NCBI GenBank assembly: GCA_033762295.1
Contig: JANRLW010000110.1
Span: 1 to 36,944, forward strand
From: Capsulimonadales bacterium
Lineage (GTDB): Bacteria; Armatimonadota; Armatimonadia; Armatimonadales; Armatimonadaceae
Direction: 5' to 3'
DNA length: 36,944 nucleotides
Position 1 is the stretch's first letter; each line of letters starts with the position of its first letter. Positions 16,616-28,442 of this stretch are shown piece after piece. The position numbers and the translations under genes are program-made. Below the pieces are notes generated by a model that had not been told where the DNA came from, did not search any database, and saw nothing but the letters and a program-made list of their open reading frames with translations.

Positions 16616-16942
16616 ATGACGCCGCGCCGGGACATTTCTGAGATGGCCCGGTTCGAATCGATCTTTGCGTACGTTCGACGGATTCCTGCCGGCAAGGTGC
16701 TCTCCTACGGCGAGGTCGGCCGGGCGGTCGGGGAGACCGCCCGGACGGTCGGTTGGGCCATGTCGGGCTGTCCGAACGACGTGCCCTGGCATCGGGTGGT
16801 CGGGGCCGACGGCGCGTTGCGTACCGCCCGCCGCTCGCCTGAGACTTACGCCGAGCAGAAGGCGCGGCTTCTGGCCGAGGGGGTCGAGTTCGATAACGCC
16901 GGACGTGTCGTCGAGGGGAGCTTTCTGACCGTCGAATCTTGA
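16616..16942 (+). CDS. Alkyltransferase-like protein (ATL, MGMT family, Trp in place of catalytic Cys)
   Basis: IPAGKVLSYGEV, ARTVGWAM, PWHRVV, QKARLLAEGV. Start may be slightly downstream. Confidence 0.9.
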   Translation: MTPRRDISEMARFESIFAYVRRIPAGKVLSYGEVGRAVGETARTVGWAMSGCPNDVPWHRVVGADGALRTARRSPETYAEQKARLLAEGVEFDNAGRVVEGSFLTVES

Positions 16943-16979
16943 CCGTCGAGCCGGGACCGCCATAGGCCCGGATAGCCCG

Positions 16980-18137
16980 TTATAGCCCTTGCATGGTGAA
17001 AACACGCGCCAGGAGATCGTGCGTCGGCCGAGTTCGAAGCAGGACCGCCATCAGAAGGGCGCGCGGCGTGGTGGTCGGTCCGCCCCGACCCATCCAGGTG
17101 TTAAAATGGGCGCGGTCGGCGACGATTCGCGCCCGACGACGCTGTTCCCGGTCGTATTCCGGAAACGCCTCGTCCGCCGCTCGTCGCCCCGACAACGCCG
17201 ACGCCAGGGCATCGGCCAGTCGCGCCGCGCCGATCAGGCCGCAGTTCATTCCCTGTCCGCCCATCGGACTGCAGACGTGAGCGGCGTCCCCGGCGAGCAG
17301 AACGTTCCCCGCAACCAGCCGCGCCGCCCGCCGGTCGCGGACGCGAAACCGGGAGTGCATCGCGCAGGTTTCGGGAAGGGCCGCTCGTCCGGTTCGGCGA
17401 TGTATCTCCGCCGACAGAGCGTCCGCCGACTCCGGCAGGTCGGACGTTCCGCCCAGATGTACCACCCAGCGTCGCATCCCCCCCGGCAGGGGGAACGATT
17501 CCGTAATTCCGTCCGGCGTCAGAAAAAGCGCGGCTTCGTCGCCGAACCCGCTCGTATCGGCAAAATCCCCCATCGCATAGCGGTCCGGATACTCCCGCAG
17601 ACGGCACGGGATACCGGCCTGTTCACGGACCCGACTGTTCCCGCCGTCGCACCCGATCAGGTAGCGAACACGGCGCGTTCGTACGCCCGACGGCGTAATA
17701 TGGGACACCTCCAGGGCATCGTCGGTCGGACGATGGCCGATGTACTCCTCGCCGCGTCGCAGGGCGTCGGGGTCCAGTTCCCCCAGGCGGTGTTCGAGTA
17801 ACGCTTCGGTTTCCGACTGGGGAAGGGTCAGGGCGAAGTCGAACGGGGGCGGAAGCGTTTCGGCGAAGGACATATGTCCGATCGGAGAACGACCGAAGAA
17901 CCCCTGGGCGCGGCGAATAGGCACCCCTCGCCGGAGGATTTCGTCGGCGACGCCGACCGATGCCAGCGCCGTCAATCCGGGCGGATGAAGGCCGATCGCC
18001 CGTGAATGTAATGCCCTGGACGGGCGCTTCTCCGAGACGACGCACTCGATCCCGCGCGTCAGCAAGGCGCAAGCGAGAAACAGGCCGACCGGCCCGCCGC
18101 CGACGATCAGTACGGGAACATCGCTATACGGTTTCAC
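16980..18137 (-). CDS. FAD-dependent monooxygenase (aromatic hydroxylase family)
   Basis: Motifs GGGPVG, IGCDGGNSRVR, LAGDAAHVCSPMGGQGMN. Confidence 0.92.
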   Translation of the reverse strand: MKPYSDVPVLIVGGGPVGLFLACALLTRGIECVVSEKRPSRALHSRAIGLHPPGLTALASVGVADEILRRGVPIRRAQGFFGRSPIGHMSFAETLPPPFDFALTLPQSETEALLEHRLGELDPDALRRGEEYIGHRPTDDALEVSHITPSGVRTRRVRYLIGCDGGNSRVREQAGIPCRLREYPDRYAMGDFADTSGFGDEAALFLTPDGITESFPLPGGMRRWVVHLGGTSDLPESADALSAEIHRRTGRAALPETCAMHSRFRVRDRRAARLVAGNVLLAGDAAHVCSPMGGQGMNCGLIGAARLADALASALSGRRAADEAFPEYDREQRRRARIVADRAHFNTWMGRGGPTTTPRALLMAVLLRTRPTHDLLARVFTMQGL

Positions 18138-18831
18138 CGGTTCCAGCGGCTCCGATCACCACACAGCGGAACGGGTGGGCGGTCCGCACCTCCCAGCCGG
18201 GGGGAACGATCGCCCGCAGTTCATTCGGCGTAAAACTCCTGCGGATCGAGCGCAGCCCGTCGGTCAGAATATAGGAATCGTGAAACAATCCTCCGATCAA
18301 CGGAAAACCCAGATAGGCGAGGATATGCCGTCGGATGTCGTTGTGAAGGACCAGGCCCGTCGACAGTTGTCGGGACGTCTCCAAAAAACCGGGAACGGAC
18401 TCCTCGGGCAGATGATGCAGAACATGGTTCGACAGCACGATGGTGAATCGCTCCCCGGTTTGCGCCAGGGACCGGGCGTCCGTGACGCGAAAGTCGATGC
18501 CCGGAGGCGTGTTCGACTGACAGGCGACCGCGACCGCCCGGTCATCCGGATCGATACCGAGGGCGGTGACCGAGAAGCCGTCGCGGCGCGCCCGGAGGGT
18601 CAGACGCCGCAGCACATCCCCGCCGCCGCACCCGATGTCGAGTATCCGGGCAGGTCGGTCGCTCGCGGCGAGGGCGGGACGCAGGTAACGGCGATACAGG
18701 ACGGACCAGCCGGAAACCGCCGTATTGATCAGGGCAAAGTGGCGGTACGTGCGGGCCAACCGGTCCGGGTGGCAGTCGGCCATATCCATTTTTTCCGTCA
18801 AACGGGAGGCGCGATTCGCGAGGAGAAACAC
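18124..18831 (-). CDS. Class I SAM-dependent methyltransferase
   Basis: EKMD, ILDIGCGGGD, SNHVLHH, DGLRSIRRSFT. This type is commonly paired with type III PKS. Confidence 0.9.
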   Translation of the reverse strand: MFLLANRASRLTEKMDMADCHPDRLARTYRHFALINTAVSGWSVLYRRYLRPALAASDRPARILDIGCGGGDVLRRLTLRARRDGFSVTALGIDPDDRAVAVACQSNTPPGIDFRVTDARSLAQTGERFTIVLSNHVLHHLPEESVPGFLETSRQLSTGLVLHNDIRRHILAYLGFPLIGGLFHDSYILTDGLRSIRRSFTPNELRAIVPPGWEVRTAHPFRCVVIGAAGTGETV

Positions 18832-18833
18832 GT

Positions 18834-19940
18834 TCAGACTCCGCGCAAAATCGCGCTTTCGACGGTCAGGCCCGGTCCGAAGGCCAGGGCGAGGAGCGGT
18901 TCATCCGAGTCGACGATACGGCGGTCGTACAGGGTTTCCAGCACGAAGAAAATCGTGGCGCTGCTCATGTTGCCGTACTCTCGAAGGACGTGACGGGACG
19001 CCGCCAGCGACTCCTCGCAAAGATCGAGGGCCGAACGGACTTTGTCCAGAATGGCGCGTCCGCCCGGATGGACGGCCCAGTGTCGGATCTCCTCCGGTGT
19101 CAATCCCGCATCGGTCAGGATCGGTCCGATCGCTTCGGCGATGTTGCCGTGCAGGATCTCCGGAACGTACGTGGAGAGCCGCATCACGAAGCCGTGATCG
19201 CCGATGTTCCAGGCCATATCGTCCTCGCCGGTCGGCGTCAGAGTCGAACGGAACCGTTCCAGTCGGAACGCGGGAACCCCGAGGTCGGTCCGTGCCGAGA
19301 CGATGGCCGCCCCGCCGCCATCGGCGAAGACCGACCCGCCCAGCAGGTTGTCGGGAGCGGCGTCCATCTGAAGGTGGAGGGAGCATAGTTCGAAGCATTC
19401 GACCAGGACGACGGCGCGCGCATCGGCCTGACAGATCGTCTGCGCCAGTTTCAGCGCCGGAAAGGCGGCGTAACAGCCCATGAACCCCAGGTGAAAACGG
19501 GGCGTATTCGGCGACAGTCCGCACTCCCGAACGATACGAAAATCGATGCCGGGCTGAAAGAAGCCGGTGCAGGAGGCGGTTACCACATGGGTGATTTCGG
19601 AGGGAACGAGCGCCGGACATCGCTCGATCGCCTTTTGCGCCAGTTGCGGAGCCAGGCGAGTCGCCTCCTCGGCATACCGCCGATTCCGCTCGGCGGTCGT
19701 CGGCACGCGAATCGAATCCGACGTCGGATCGAAAAACAATCCGCCCTCATGCCCCGGCAGGAAGTCCTCGATGACGCTGTGCCGTTTGGCAATCCCGGAC
19801 TGGGAGTAGAGATAATGGATGATCCGTTCGGTCTTGCGGTCGCCCCCGCCCAGAAGGCGTTTGGTCCTCTCGGCAATGTCATCCTGAGGGTAGGCGGTCG
19901 CAGGGGTTTGCGTGGCGACCGGGTAGAGGTAGACGGACAT
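18834..19940 (-). CDS. Type III polyketide synthase (chalcone synthase-like)
   Basis: Catalytic triad contexts GFMGCYAA, VHPGG and GNMSS, plus ELCSLH, FADG, FGPGLT. Confidence 0.95.
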   Translation of the reverse strand: MSVYLYPVATQTPATAYPQDDIAERTKRLLGGGDRKTERIIHYLYSQSGIAKRHSVIEDFLPGHEGGLFFDPTSDSIRVPTTAERNRRYAEEATRLAPQLAQKAIERCPALVPSEITHVVTASCTGFFQPGIDFRIVRECGLSPNTPRFHLGFMGCYAAFPALKLAQTICQADARAVVLVECFELCSLHLQMDAAPDNLLGGSVFADGGGAAIVSARTDLGVPAFRLERFRSTLTPTGEDDMAWNIGDHGFVMRLSTYVPEILHGNIAEAIGPILTDAGLTPEEIRHWAVHPGGRAILDKVRSALDLCEESLAASRHVLREYGNMSSATIFFVLETLYDRRIVDSDEPLLALAFGPGLTVESAILRGV

Positions 19941-19999
19941 AAGCGAGACTATCCCTTCAGGCGCATCCGAAAGACGGCCGCGCCATTGGATATTACGCC

Positions 20000-21172
20000 T
20001 TAGAAAGCACGTTTGTTCGCATTGTTTCCGGTTTCGTGACGCCGTCGGTTCGGCGCTTCCGCCGTGGAATCGCGGATCACCAGTTCCGCCGGGAGAATCT
20101 CCCGTGTGGGGGTCGGGGCTTCCGTACCGCCGATCAGTCCCAGAAGACGCTCCGCCGCCCGACGGCCCATTTCATACAGGGGTTGACGCACCGTGGTGAG
20201 GGCCGGGTGGATCAACCGGGCGGCGACCGGGTCATCGTAGCCGACGACGCTGATCTCCTCCGGAATCCGCCGACCGACCGTTCGGATGATATGCTTGGCT
20301 TCCAGCGCCAGATGGTAACCAGCTGCGAAAACGGCGGTGATCGGTTCGGGTGCCAGCAGCAGGGAGCGAAGTTGGCGACGAGCCGGTTCTCCGATGTTCC
20401 AGGAACCCTCGGCGCGCACCTCCGAGGCCGGATCGAGCGAAAGGCCCGCCGCCGTCAGCGCCCGGTGATAGCCGAGAATCCGATCCTGAATATTGGTCGT
20501 CTCCTCCTCGCCGTACAGCAGAGCGATCCGCTGATGTCCTTGATCGGTCAGGTGGCGGACGGCCGCTTCCGCGCCGCCCACATTGTCCGAGTCGATGGTC
20601 GGAACCGGTAGATCGGGCCAGTTCGCCCCGATGACCACCAGCATCCGGCCTTGTTCCCACCACTGACGGAGGACCGGCACCGCGCTCCGGCGCGGTGCGA
20701 CCATCAGGCGACCCGGGACGGAATACGTCAACGGGTCCACGTTCAGCGGGGTCAGCGCGATTTCCAGCGACAGATCGAGGTTGTGTTCGGCGAGGTACTC
20801 GACGATGCCCCGATACAGAGTGCCATAGTAATCGCTTTCAAGGATATTTTGCGCCCCCTCCGTGAACGAGAGAACGATCCGACGAGGCGCGGCGGGTTTC
20901 GCCGCGCTCGGAAGGGGCGCGACGAAAGTGCCGCGTCCGACCTCGCGAATGAAGTAACCTTCGGCGGTCAGGGCGAGGAGCGCTTTGTTGACGGTCATTT
21001 TCGAGACGCCCAGCGCGGAGGCGATTTCGAGTTCGGCGGGGATCTTGTCGCCCGGACGCAGCACGTTCCGAAGAACCAGGTCGCGCAAAATCCGCTGGAC
21101 CTGCAGGTGACGCGGCGTGGGATCGTCCTTATTGACCTGCGGGAGATCGTTAAACGGGATGGTTTCGGGCAT
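20000..21172 (-). CDS. GntR-HTH / LacI-sensor hybrid transcriptional regulator (AraR-like)
   Basis: N-terminal PGDKIPAELEIASALGVSKMTVNKAL...GRGTFV, then periplasmic-binding fold IDSDNVGG, IPEEISVVGYDD, LTTVRQP. Confidence 0.92.
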   Translation of the reverse strand: MPETIPFNDLPQVNKDDPTPRHLQVQRILRDLVLRNVLRPGDKIPAELEIASALGVSKMTVNKALLALTAEGYFIREVGRGTFVAPLPSAAKPAAPRRIVLSFTEGAQNILESDYYGTLYRGIVEYLAEHNLDLSLEIALTPLNVDPLTYSVPGRLMVAPRRSAVPVLRQWWEQGRMLVVIGANWPDLPVPTIDSDNVGGAEAAVRHLTDQGHQRIALLYGEEETTNIQDRILGYHRALTAAGLSLDPASEVRAEGSWNIGEPARRQLRSLLLAPEPITAVFAAGYHLALEAKHIIRTVGRRIPEEISVVGYDDPVAARLIHPALTTVRQPLYEMGRRAAERLLGLIGGTEAPTPTREILPAELVIRDSTAEAPNRRRHETGNNANKRAF

Positions 21173-21239
21173 GGATCGTTTGGTTGCGGAATCGGTGGCG
21201 GCTTATCCGATGAAATCACTGCGCCGTTTGCTTCCCGAC

Positions 21240-21269
21240 AGTATATAGTAAGCGTTATAAAATTGTCAA
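21240..21269 (-). promoter_or_regulatory. Sigma70 promoter TTGACA-18-TATACT for the GntR-LacI gene
   Basis: Minus strand reads TTGACA attttataacgcttacta TATACT in an AT-rich patch. Confidence 0.7.
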
Positions 21270-21291
21270 CGCGGATCGTTTCAGTCGGGTT

Positions 21292-22062
21292 TCAGGCCCG
21301 TCGGATCTCCGCGATCCCGGCGTCCCGGAGGCCGGTTTCCGCTTCCGTCGGCAGATGCCGGTCGGTAATCAGCAGGGGTATGGCGGAGACCGGGACGACA
21401 TGCGCGAAGGCGACATGGCCCACCTTCCCGCTGTCAGCGACCACGACCGGTGTCGCGGCGGCGGCCAGCATCGCCCGTTTGGTCTGCGCCACCTCAAAGT
21501 CACTGACGGTCAGACCGGCGTCGGCATCGATCCCGTTGACACCGACAAAGAGCCAGTCCGCGCGAAACGGGCGCAGAAACTCGACCGACAACGGACCGAG
21601 GGCGGCGCGTCGTCGTGCCTGGACCGTCCCGCCGATGCAAATGACGGTCAGGCCGGGGGCGTCCATCAGGGTGAGAACGGTCGGCAGGTTATTGGTAACG
21701 ACCGTAATGCCGTCCTTACCCGAAGCCAGCAGCGCGATACCGACCTCATGGGCGGTGGTGCCCGCATCCAGCAGAACGGTTTCCCCCGATCGAACCAGTT
21801 CGGCGGCGGCCTGCCCGATCCGGCGTTTTTCTTCCGCTCGGTCCACCGCCCGTTCGGCGTAGGGCGGTTCGTAAAGACTGCCGACCGCCGGAAGCGCGCC
21901 GCCATGCGTCCGACGCAGCAGGTGACGCGACTCCAGGGCCGCAAGGTCGGCGCGAACGGTCGGGGCGGAGACGCCGAACGTCCCGACCAACTCTTCCACC
22001 GTCACCTTGCCCTGCTGCCGCAACCGCTCCAGAATCCGTTGCTGTCGCTCCTCCACAAACAT
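21292..22062 (-). CDS. DeoR/GlpR (AgaR-like) transcriptional regulator
   Basis: ERQQRIL...FGVSAPTVRADL...RTHGGA, EKRRIG, LDAGTT, VVTNN, ADSGK. Confidence 0.94.
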   Translation of the reverse strand: MFVEERQQRILERLRQQGKVTVEELVGTFGVSAPTVRADLAALESRHLLRRTHGGALPAVGSLYEPPYAERAVDRAEEKRRIGQAAAELVRSGETVLLDAGTTAHEVGIALLASGKDGITVVTNNLPTVLTLMDAPGLTVICIGGTVQARRRAALGPLSVEFLRPFRADWLFVGVNGIDADAGLTVSDFEVAQTKRAMLAAAATPVVVADSGKVGHVAFAHVVPVSAIPLLITDRHLPTEAETGLRDAGIAEIRRA

Positions 22063-22071
22063 CGCGGAACG

Positions 22072-22124
22072 CTTTCGCTTTCTTTCGTTTAGGCTTGACC
22101 GTTTTCGTTTCGCTATGTTACCAT
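22072..22124 (+). promoter_or_regulatory. Promoter/operator copy A: CTTTCG repeats over TTGACC-18-TACCAT
   Basis: -35 at 22095-22100 and extended -10 at 22119-22124. 46/53 identical to 24591-24643. Confidence 0.75.
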
Positions 22125-22185
22125 GGATCGGGAAGGGAGTACGACGTCTGTTTCTCCCGATATCCGTCCCCCCGGAAACCGAACC

Positions 22186-24582
22186 ATGTCCGTCTTTTCA
22201 ACCGCCCCGAAATCGATCGGTCCCGCTTCCGCCCTGTTATGGTACGAGGAACCCGCCACCCGGTTTTTTGAATCGCTTCCGCTCGGAAACGGGCGACTGG
22301 GAGCGATGGTTTTTGGCGGGGTCGAGGAGGAGCGGATCATCCTGAACGAGAACTCCGTCTGGTCCGGTTCCCCCGACGACGGCGACCGGCCCGAGGCCCA
22401 CCGGGCGTTGCCGGAGATTCGACGCCTCCTGCTCGAAAACCGTCACCGCGAGGCCGAGGCGCTGGTTAACCGTACCTTCACCTGCCAGGGAAAGGGGTCC
22501 GGTCACGGAAACGGCGCGAACGTTCCGTTCGGCTGCTACCAGGTCCTGGGCACTCTGCATCTGCGTTTCGACCACGATGCCGTCCGAAACTATCGGCGGG
22601 AACTGGACCTGCGGGAGGCGGTCGCGCGGGTCCGTTACGAGAGGAACGGGGTTCGTTTCCTGCGCGAGCACTTTGTCAGTGCGCCCGGCGAGGCTCTGGT
22701 CTCGCGTCTGACCGCCAGTCAGCCCGGCGCGCTGTCGTTCTCCGTGACGCTGGATCGACCGGAGCGGTTCCTTACCGTCCCGAGCGCGAAAAACGAACTC
22801 CTGATGACCGGGACGCTGAACGACGGGCGCGGAGGGCGCGGGGTCTTTTATGCCGCCCGTCTGCGGGTGGTCGTCCGGGGCGGGCGGGTGACGACCGAGG
22901 GGAATCGCCTGCGGATCGAAAACGCGGACGAAGCGGTGTTGCTGTTCGCCGCCGCCACCGATTATCAGGGGTTTGCCGGGCGACGAACCCGTTTCCCTCT
23001 GACCGCATCCCTTAATGACCTGGACCGCGCCGCCCGCCGGTCCTACGACGCCCTGAAAACGGCGCATATCCGGGACTATAAGACCTTCTTCGACCGCGTC
23101 GCTCTTCGACTGGGCAAGGACGACACCCCCCCGCCCCCGACCGACCGGCGATTGACCGCCTTCGCGGCGGGAACGCCGGACCCGGCGCTGGCCGCGCTCT
23201 ATTTCAACTTCGGTCGTTACCTGTTGATCAGTTCGTCCCGACCCGGCGGACTGCCCGCCAACCTGCAGGGACTCTGGGCCGAGGAGATTCAGACACCGTG
23301 GAACGGCGACTGGCACCTGGATATCAACGTCCAGATGAACTACTGGCCCGCCCCGGTCTGCCACCTGCCTGAAATGCAGGAGCCACTGCACGCCCTGATC
23401 GCCCATCTGGTCAAACCGGGGGAGCGCACGGCAAAGGCGTACTACCAATCCCGCGGCTGGGTCGCCCATGTCATCACCAACCCCTGGGGCTTCACGTCGC
23501 CGGGGGAGGAGGCGTCCTGGGGCGCGACCACCGGCGGCTCCGCCTGGCTCTGCCAGCATCTTCGGACGCATTACGAATACACCGGGGACCGGAAGTTCCT
23601 CGCCCGTGTCTACCCGATCCTGAAGGGGGCGTCCCTGTTCTATTCGGACAACCTGATCGAGGAACCGAAGCACGGCTGGCTGGTCACCGGGCCGTCCAAC
23701 TCGCCCGAGCATGCGTTCGTTCTCCCGGACGGAACGCGCGCGCATGTCTGCCTTGGGCCGACCATCGATATGCAGCAGTTGCGCGAACTGTTCGATAATA
23801 CCGTCTGGGCCGCGCGCCTGCTGAACGTCGATGCCGCCCTGCGCGACGAACTGACGGCAAAGCGGCGGCGTCTCGCGCCCAATCAGGTCGGACCGGACGG
23901 TCGGTTGCAGGAGTGGCTGGAACCGTATGCGGACAGCGAACCGCACCACCGGCATGTTTCCCACCTGTACGGACTGCATCCGGGGCATGAGATCACGCCC
24001 GAGGGCACGCCGGAGCTGGCGGAAGCGGCGCGAAAAAGCCTCGAAACCCGTGGGGACGCCGGGACCGGATGGTCACTCGCCTGGAAGATTAACTTCCACG
24101 CCCGGCTCGGAAATGGCGATCGGGCGCACAAACTCTTCAAGATGCTACTGACACCGACCGGTGCGCGCGGGTTCGACATGTCCGGAAACGGCGCGGGTTC
24201 GTCCGTCAACCTGTTCTGCTTTCATCCCCCGTTCCAGATCGACGGCAACTTCGGCGGCTGCGCGGGCATCGCCGAGATGCTACTGCAAAGTCATCCGGAC
24301 GGGGGCGAGCGACCGCTGATCCGCCTGCTTCCCGCCTTGCCCGCTGCCTGGCCCGACGGCGAGGTGCGCGGGTTCCGGGCGCGAGGCGGCGTGACGGTCG
24401 ATATCGAATGGAAAAACGGGGTCCTCGTGACGGCGCGTCTTACCCCCGACCCGCGGACCCACGGACCGGCGAACCCCGGCGAACTGCGGGTCCGCTATCG
24501 GGGAGTGACGAAAACGTTCCCGGCGACCGGTGGAAAGTCGGTGAATCTCACCCTTTCCGATTTCTCCGCCCCCGCGTCCTGA
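22186..24582 (+). CDS. Glycoside hydrolase family 95 (alpha-L-fucosidase/alpha-L-galactosidase-like)
   Basis: [74 protein letters not shown]. Start moved to ATG 22186 because ATG 22123 lies inside the -10 box. Confidence 0.93.
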   Translation: MSVFSTAPKSIGPASALLWYEEPATRFFESLPLGNGRLGAMVFGGVEEERIILNENSVWSGSPDDGDRPEAHRALPEIRRLLLENRHREAEALVNRTFTCQGKGSGHGNGANVPFGCYQVLGTLHLRFDHDAVRNYRRELDLREAVARVRYERNGVRFLREHFVSAPGEALVSRLTASQPGALSFSVTLDRPERFLTVPSAKNELLMTGTLNDGRGGRGVFYAARLRVVVRGGRVTTEGNRLRIENADEAVLLFAAATDYQGFAGRRTRFPLTASLNDLDRAARRSYDALKTAHIRDYKTFFDRVALRLGKDDTPPPPTDRRLTAFAAGTPDPALAALYFNFGRYLLISSSRPGGLPANLQGLWAEEIQTPWNGDWHLDINVQMNYWPAPVCHLPEMQEPLHALIAHLVKPGERTAKAYYQSRGWVAHVITNPWGFTSPGEEASWGATTGGSAWLCQHLRTHYEYTGDRKFLARVYPILKGASLFYSDNLIEEPKHGWLVTGPSNSPEHAFVLPDGTRAHVCLGPTIDMQQLRELFDNTVWAARLLNVDAALRDELTAKRRRLAPNQVGPDGRLQEWLEPYADSEPHHRHVSHLYGLHPGHEITPEGTPELAEAARKSLETRGDAGTGWSLAWKINFHARLGNGDRAHKLFKMLLTPTGARGFDMSGNGAGSSVNLFCFHPPFQIDGNFGGCAGIAEMLLQSHPDGGERPLIRLLPALPAAWPDGEVRGFRARGGVTVDIEWKNGVLVTARLTPDPRTHGPANPGELRVRYRGVTKTFPATGGKSVNLTLSDFSAPAS

Positions 24583-24590
24583 ACCCGTGA

Positions 24591-24643
24591 CTTTCGCTTG
24601 CTTTCGTTTGGGCTTGACTCTTTTCGTTTCGACGTGTTACCAT
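24591..24643 (+). promoter_or_regulatory. Promoter/operator copy B: CTTTCG repeats over TTGACT-18-TACCAT
   Basis: -35 at 24614-24619 and -10 at 24638-24643. Near-duplicate of 22072-22124. Confidence 0.75.
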
Positions 24644-24688
24644 CCTGAGAACAGGTAACGACGCGCGTCCGTATCCAAGGAAACACTC

Positions 24689-27169
<2,481 letters not shown>

Positions 27170-27199
27170 CCTTCGTCGGAGGCGTTACGGGCTTCCCTG

Positions 27200-27232
27200 A
27201 TGGCTCCTCTGCCCGACGGCAAGAGGAGCCAT
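27200..27232 (+). terminator. Strong stem-loop downstream of E1 gene
   Basis: ATGGCTCCTCT-GCC-CGAC-GGC-A-AGAGGAGCCAT, with no clear U-tract. Confidence 0.5.
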
Positions 27233-27355
27233 GATGCTTCGACCCTGTGAAATTTTTGAAAGATTTAACGTTTTCTTAAAACACGGGAACGGCAAATTAA
27301 TGTATCGTAGAGCCGATAGTCCGTGGGCTGTCAATCTTTTCTGAGGGAAATGAGC

Positions 27356-28192
27356 ATGCGCGCCTCCATTCGAACTCGTCGAGCGTTCACCCTGATCGAA
27401 CTGCTCGTTGTCATCGCCATCATCGCGATTCTTGCCGCGATACTGTTCCCGGTCTTCGCCCAGGCTCGCGCCAAAGCCCGCCAGATCTCCTGCCTTTCCA
27501 ACGTCAAGCAGATCGGTCTGGCGATGCAGATGTACATCCAGGACTACGACGAAACCACCCCCGCCATTTTCGCGCCGAACAATGGTGCGGCAAACCTGGA
27601 CTTCTACGCACAGGTGCAGGCTTACAGTAAGAACCTGCAGATGTTCTTCTGCCCGGATCGTACCGACTCCATTACCGGCCCTTACAACGGCGATCCCTGC
27701 AACGACTCCATCAACGCCGAACCGAACGCCCGCTGTATCGGCTACGGCTATAACTGGGGCGTCACCTCCGGCTACAAGTTTGGCCTGACGCTTCCTCGCA
27801 TCCGTATTCGGGGAGCCCAGACCTTCAACATCGAACCGGGTGTAACTCTGGCATCGATCGCCGCGCCCGCCGATATGTTTGCATTCGCCGACACCGGTGA
27901 CAGCCCGCGCTACACCATCTGCTCCAACTTCATCTTCCAGTACTACTACCCCACCACCCGGTCCGGCGAAACCCGCCACGGCGGTATGCTGAATGTCAAC
28001 TTTGTGGACGGCCATGCCAAGGCGATGCCCTGGAAGATCGGCACCATCGGCACCGACGTCTTCGGTATGCCCAGACGTCCGGAAGATCAGGTGAAGTATT
28101 GCCGCGACCCGAAGGGTATCGGTGAGGGGCAAACCGTGGTCTGCGAGGACTATGTCAAGGCCCTCGATGCCGCCATCACCTGGAATAACTAA
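27356..28192 (+). CDS. Prepilin-type N-terminal cleavage/methylation domain protein, DUF1559-like, with H-X9-DG motif
   Basis: [49 protein letters not shown] and [21 protein letters not shown] 9 nt before ATG 27356. Confidence 0.92.
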   Translation: MRASIRTRRAFTLIELLVVIAIIAILAAILFPVFAQARAKARQISCLSNVKQIGLAMQMYIQDYDETTPAIFAPNNGAANLDFYAQVQAYSKNLQMFFCPDRTDSITGPYNGDPCNDSINAEPNARCIGYGYNWGVTSGYKFGLTLPRIRIRGAQTFNIEPGVTLASIAAPADMFAFADTGDSPRYTICSNFIFQYYYPTTRSGETRHGGMLNVNFVDGHAKAMPWKIGTIGTDVFGMPRRPEDQVKYCRDPKGIGEGQTVVCEDYVKALDAAITWNN

Positions 28193-28246
28193 AACGACCG
28201 TGAAATGCGGGAGGACCGATCGTCGGTCCCCCCGCAGGATACGAAC

Positions 28247-28417
28247 ATGAAAAAAACGATCACCCTGTGCTTTGTCAGCCTGACCGCGCTCGGATGCCTC
28301 CTTGCCGGCTGTACCGGGCAACCGCCGGTCGCCAAAAAAACGTCCGACCCCGAATCGCAGCGGAAAATGTCCGAACTCGGGTTAACCCCCAAGAAAACCT
28401 TCAACAACGGCGAGTAA
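28247..28417 (+). CDS. Small lipoprotein (56 aa precursor)
   Basis: MKK + hydrophobic core + lipobox LAGC. SD AGGA upstream. Confidence 0.75.
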   Translation: MKKTITLCFVSLTALGCLLAGCTGQPPVAKKTSDPESQRKMSELGLTPKKTFNNGE

Positions 28418-28442
28418 ACACCGTTACTCGCCCGGAGTCCCC

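Noticed and set aside
22123..22185. Upstream ATG start for GH95
   Set aside because: The ATG overlaps the -10 element of the duplicated promoter, so it would not be on the transcript.
27288..27308. Possible ECF promoter GGAAC...CGTA before the DUF1559 gene
   Set aside because: The spacing is marginal (15 nt), the motifs are short, and no ECF sigma is in the window.
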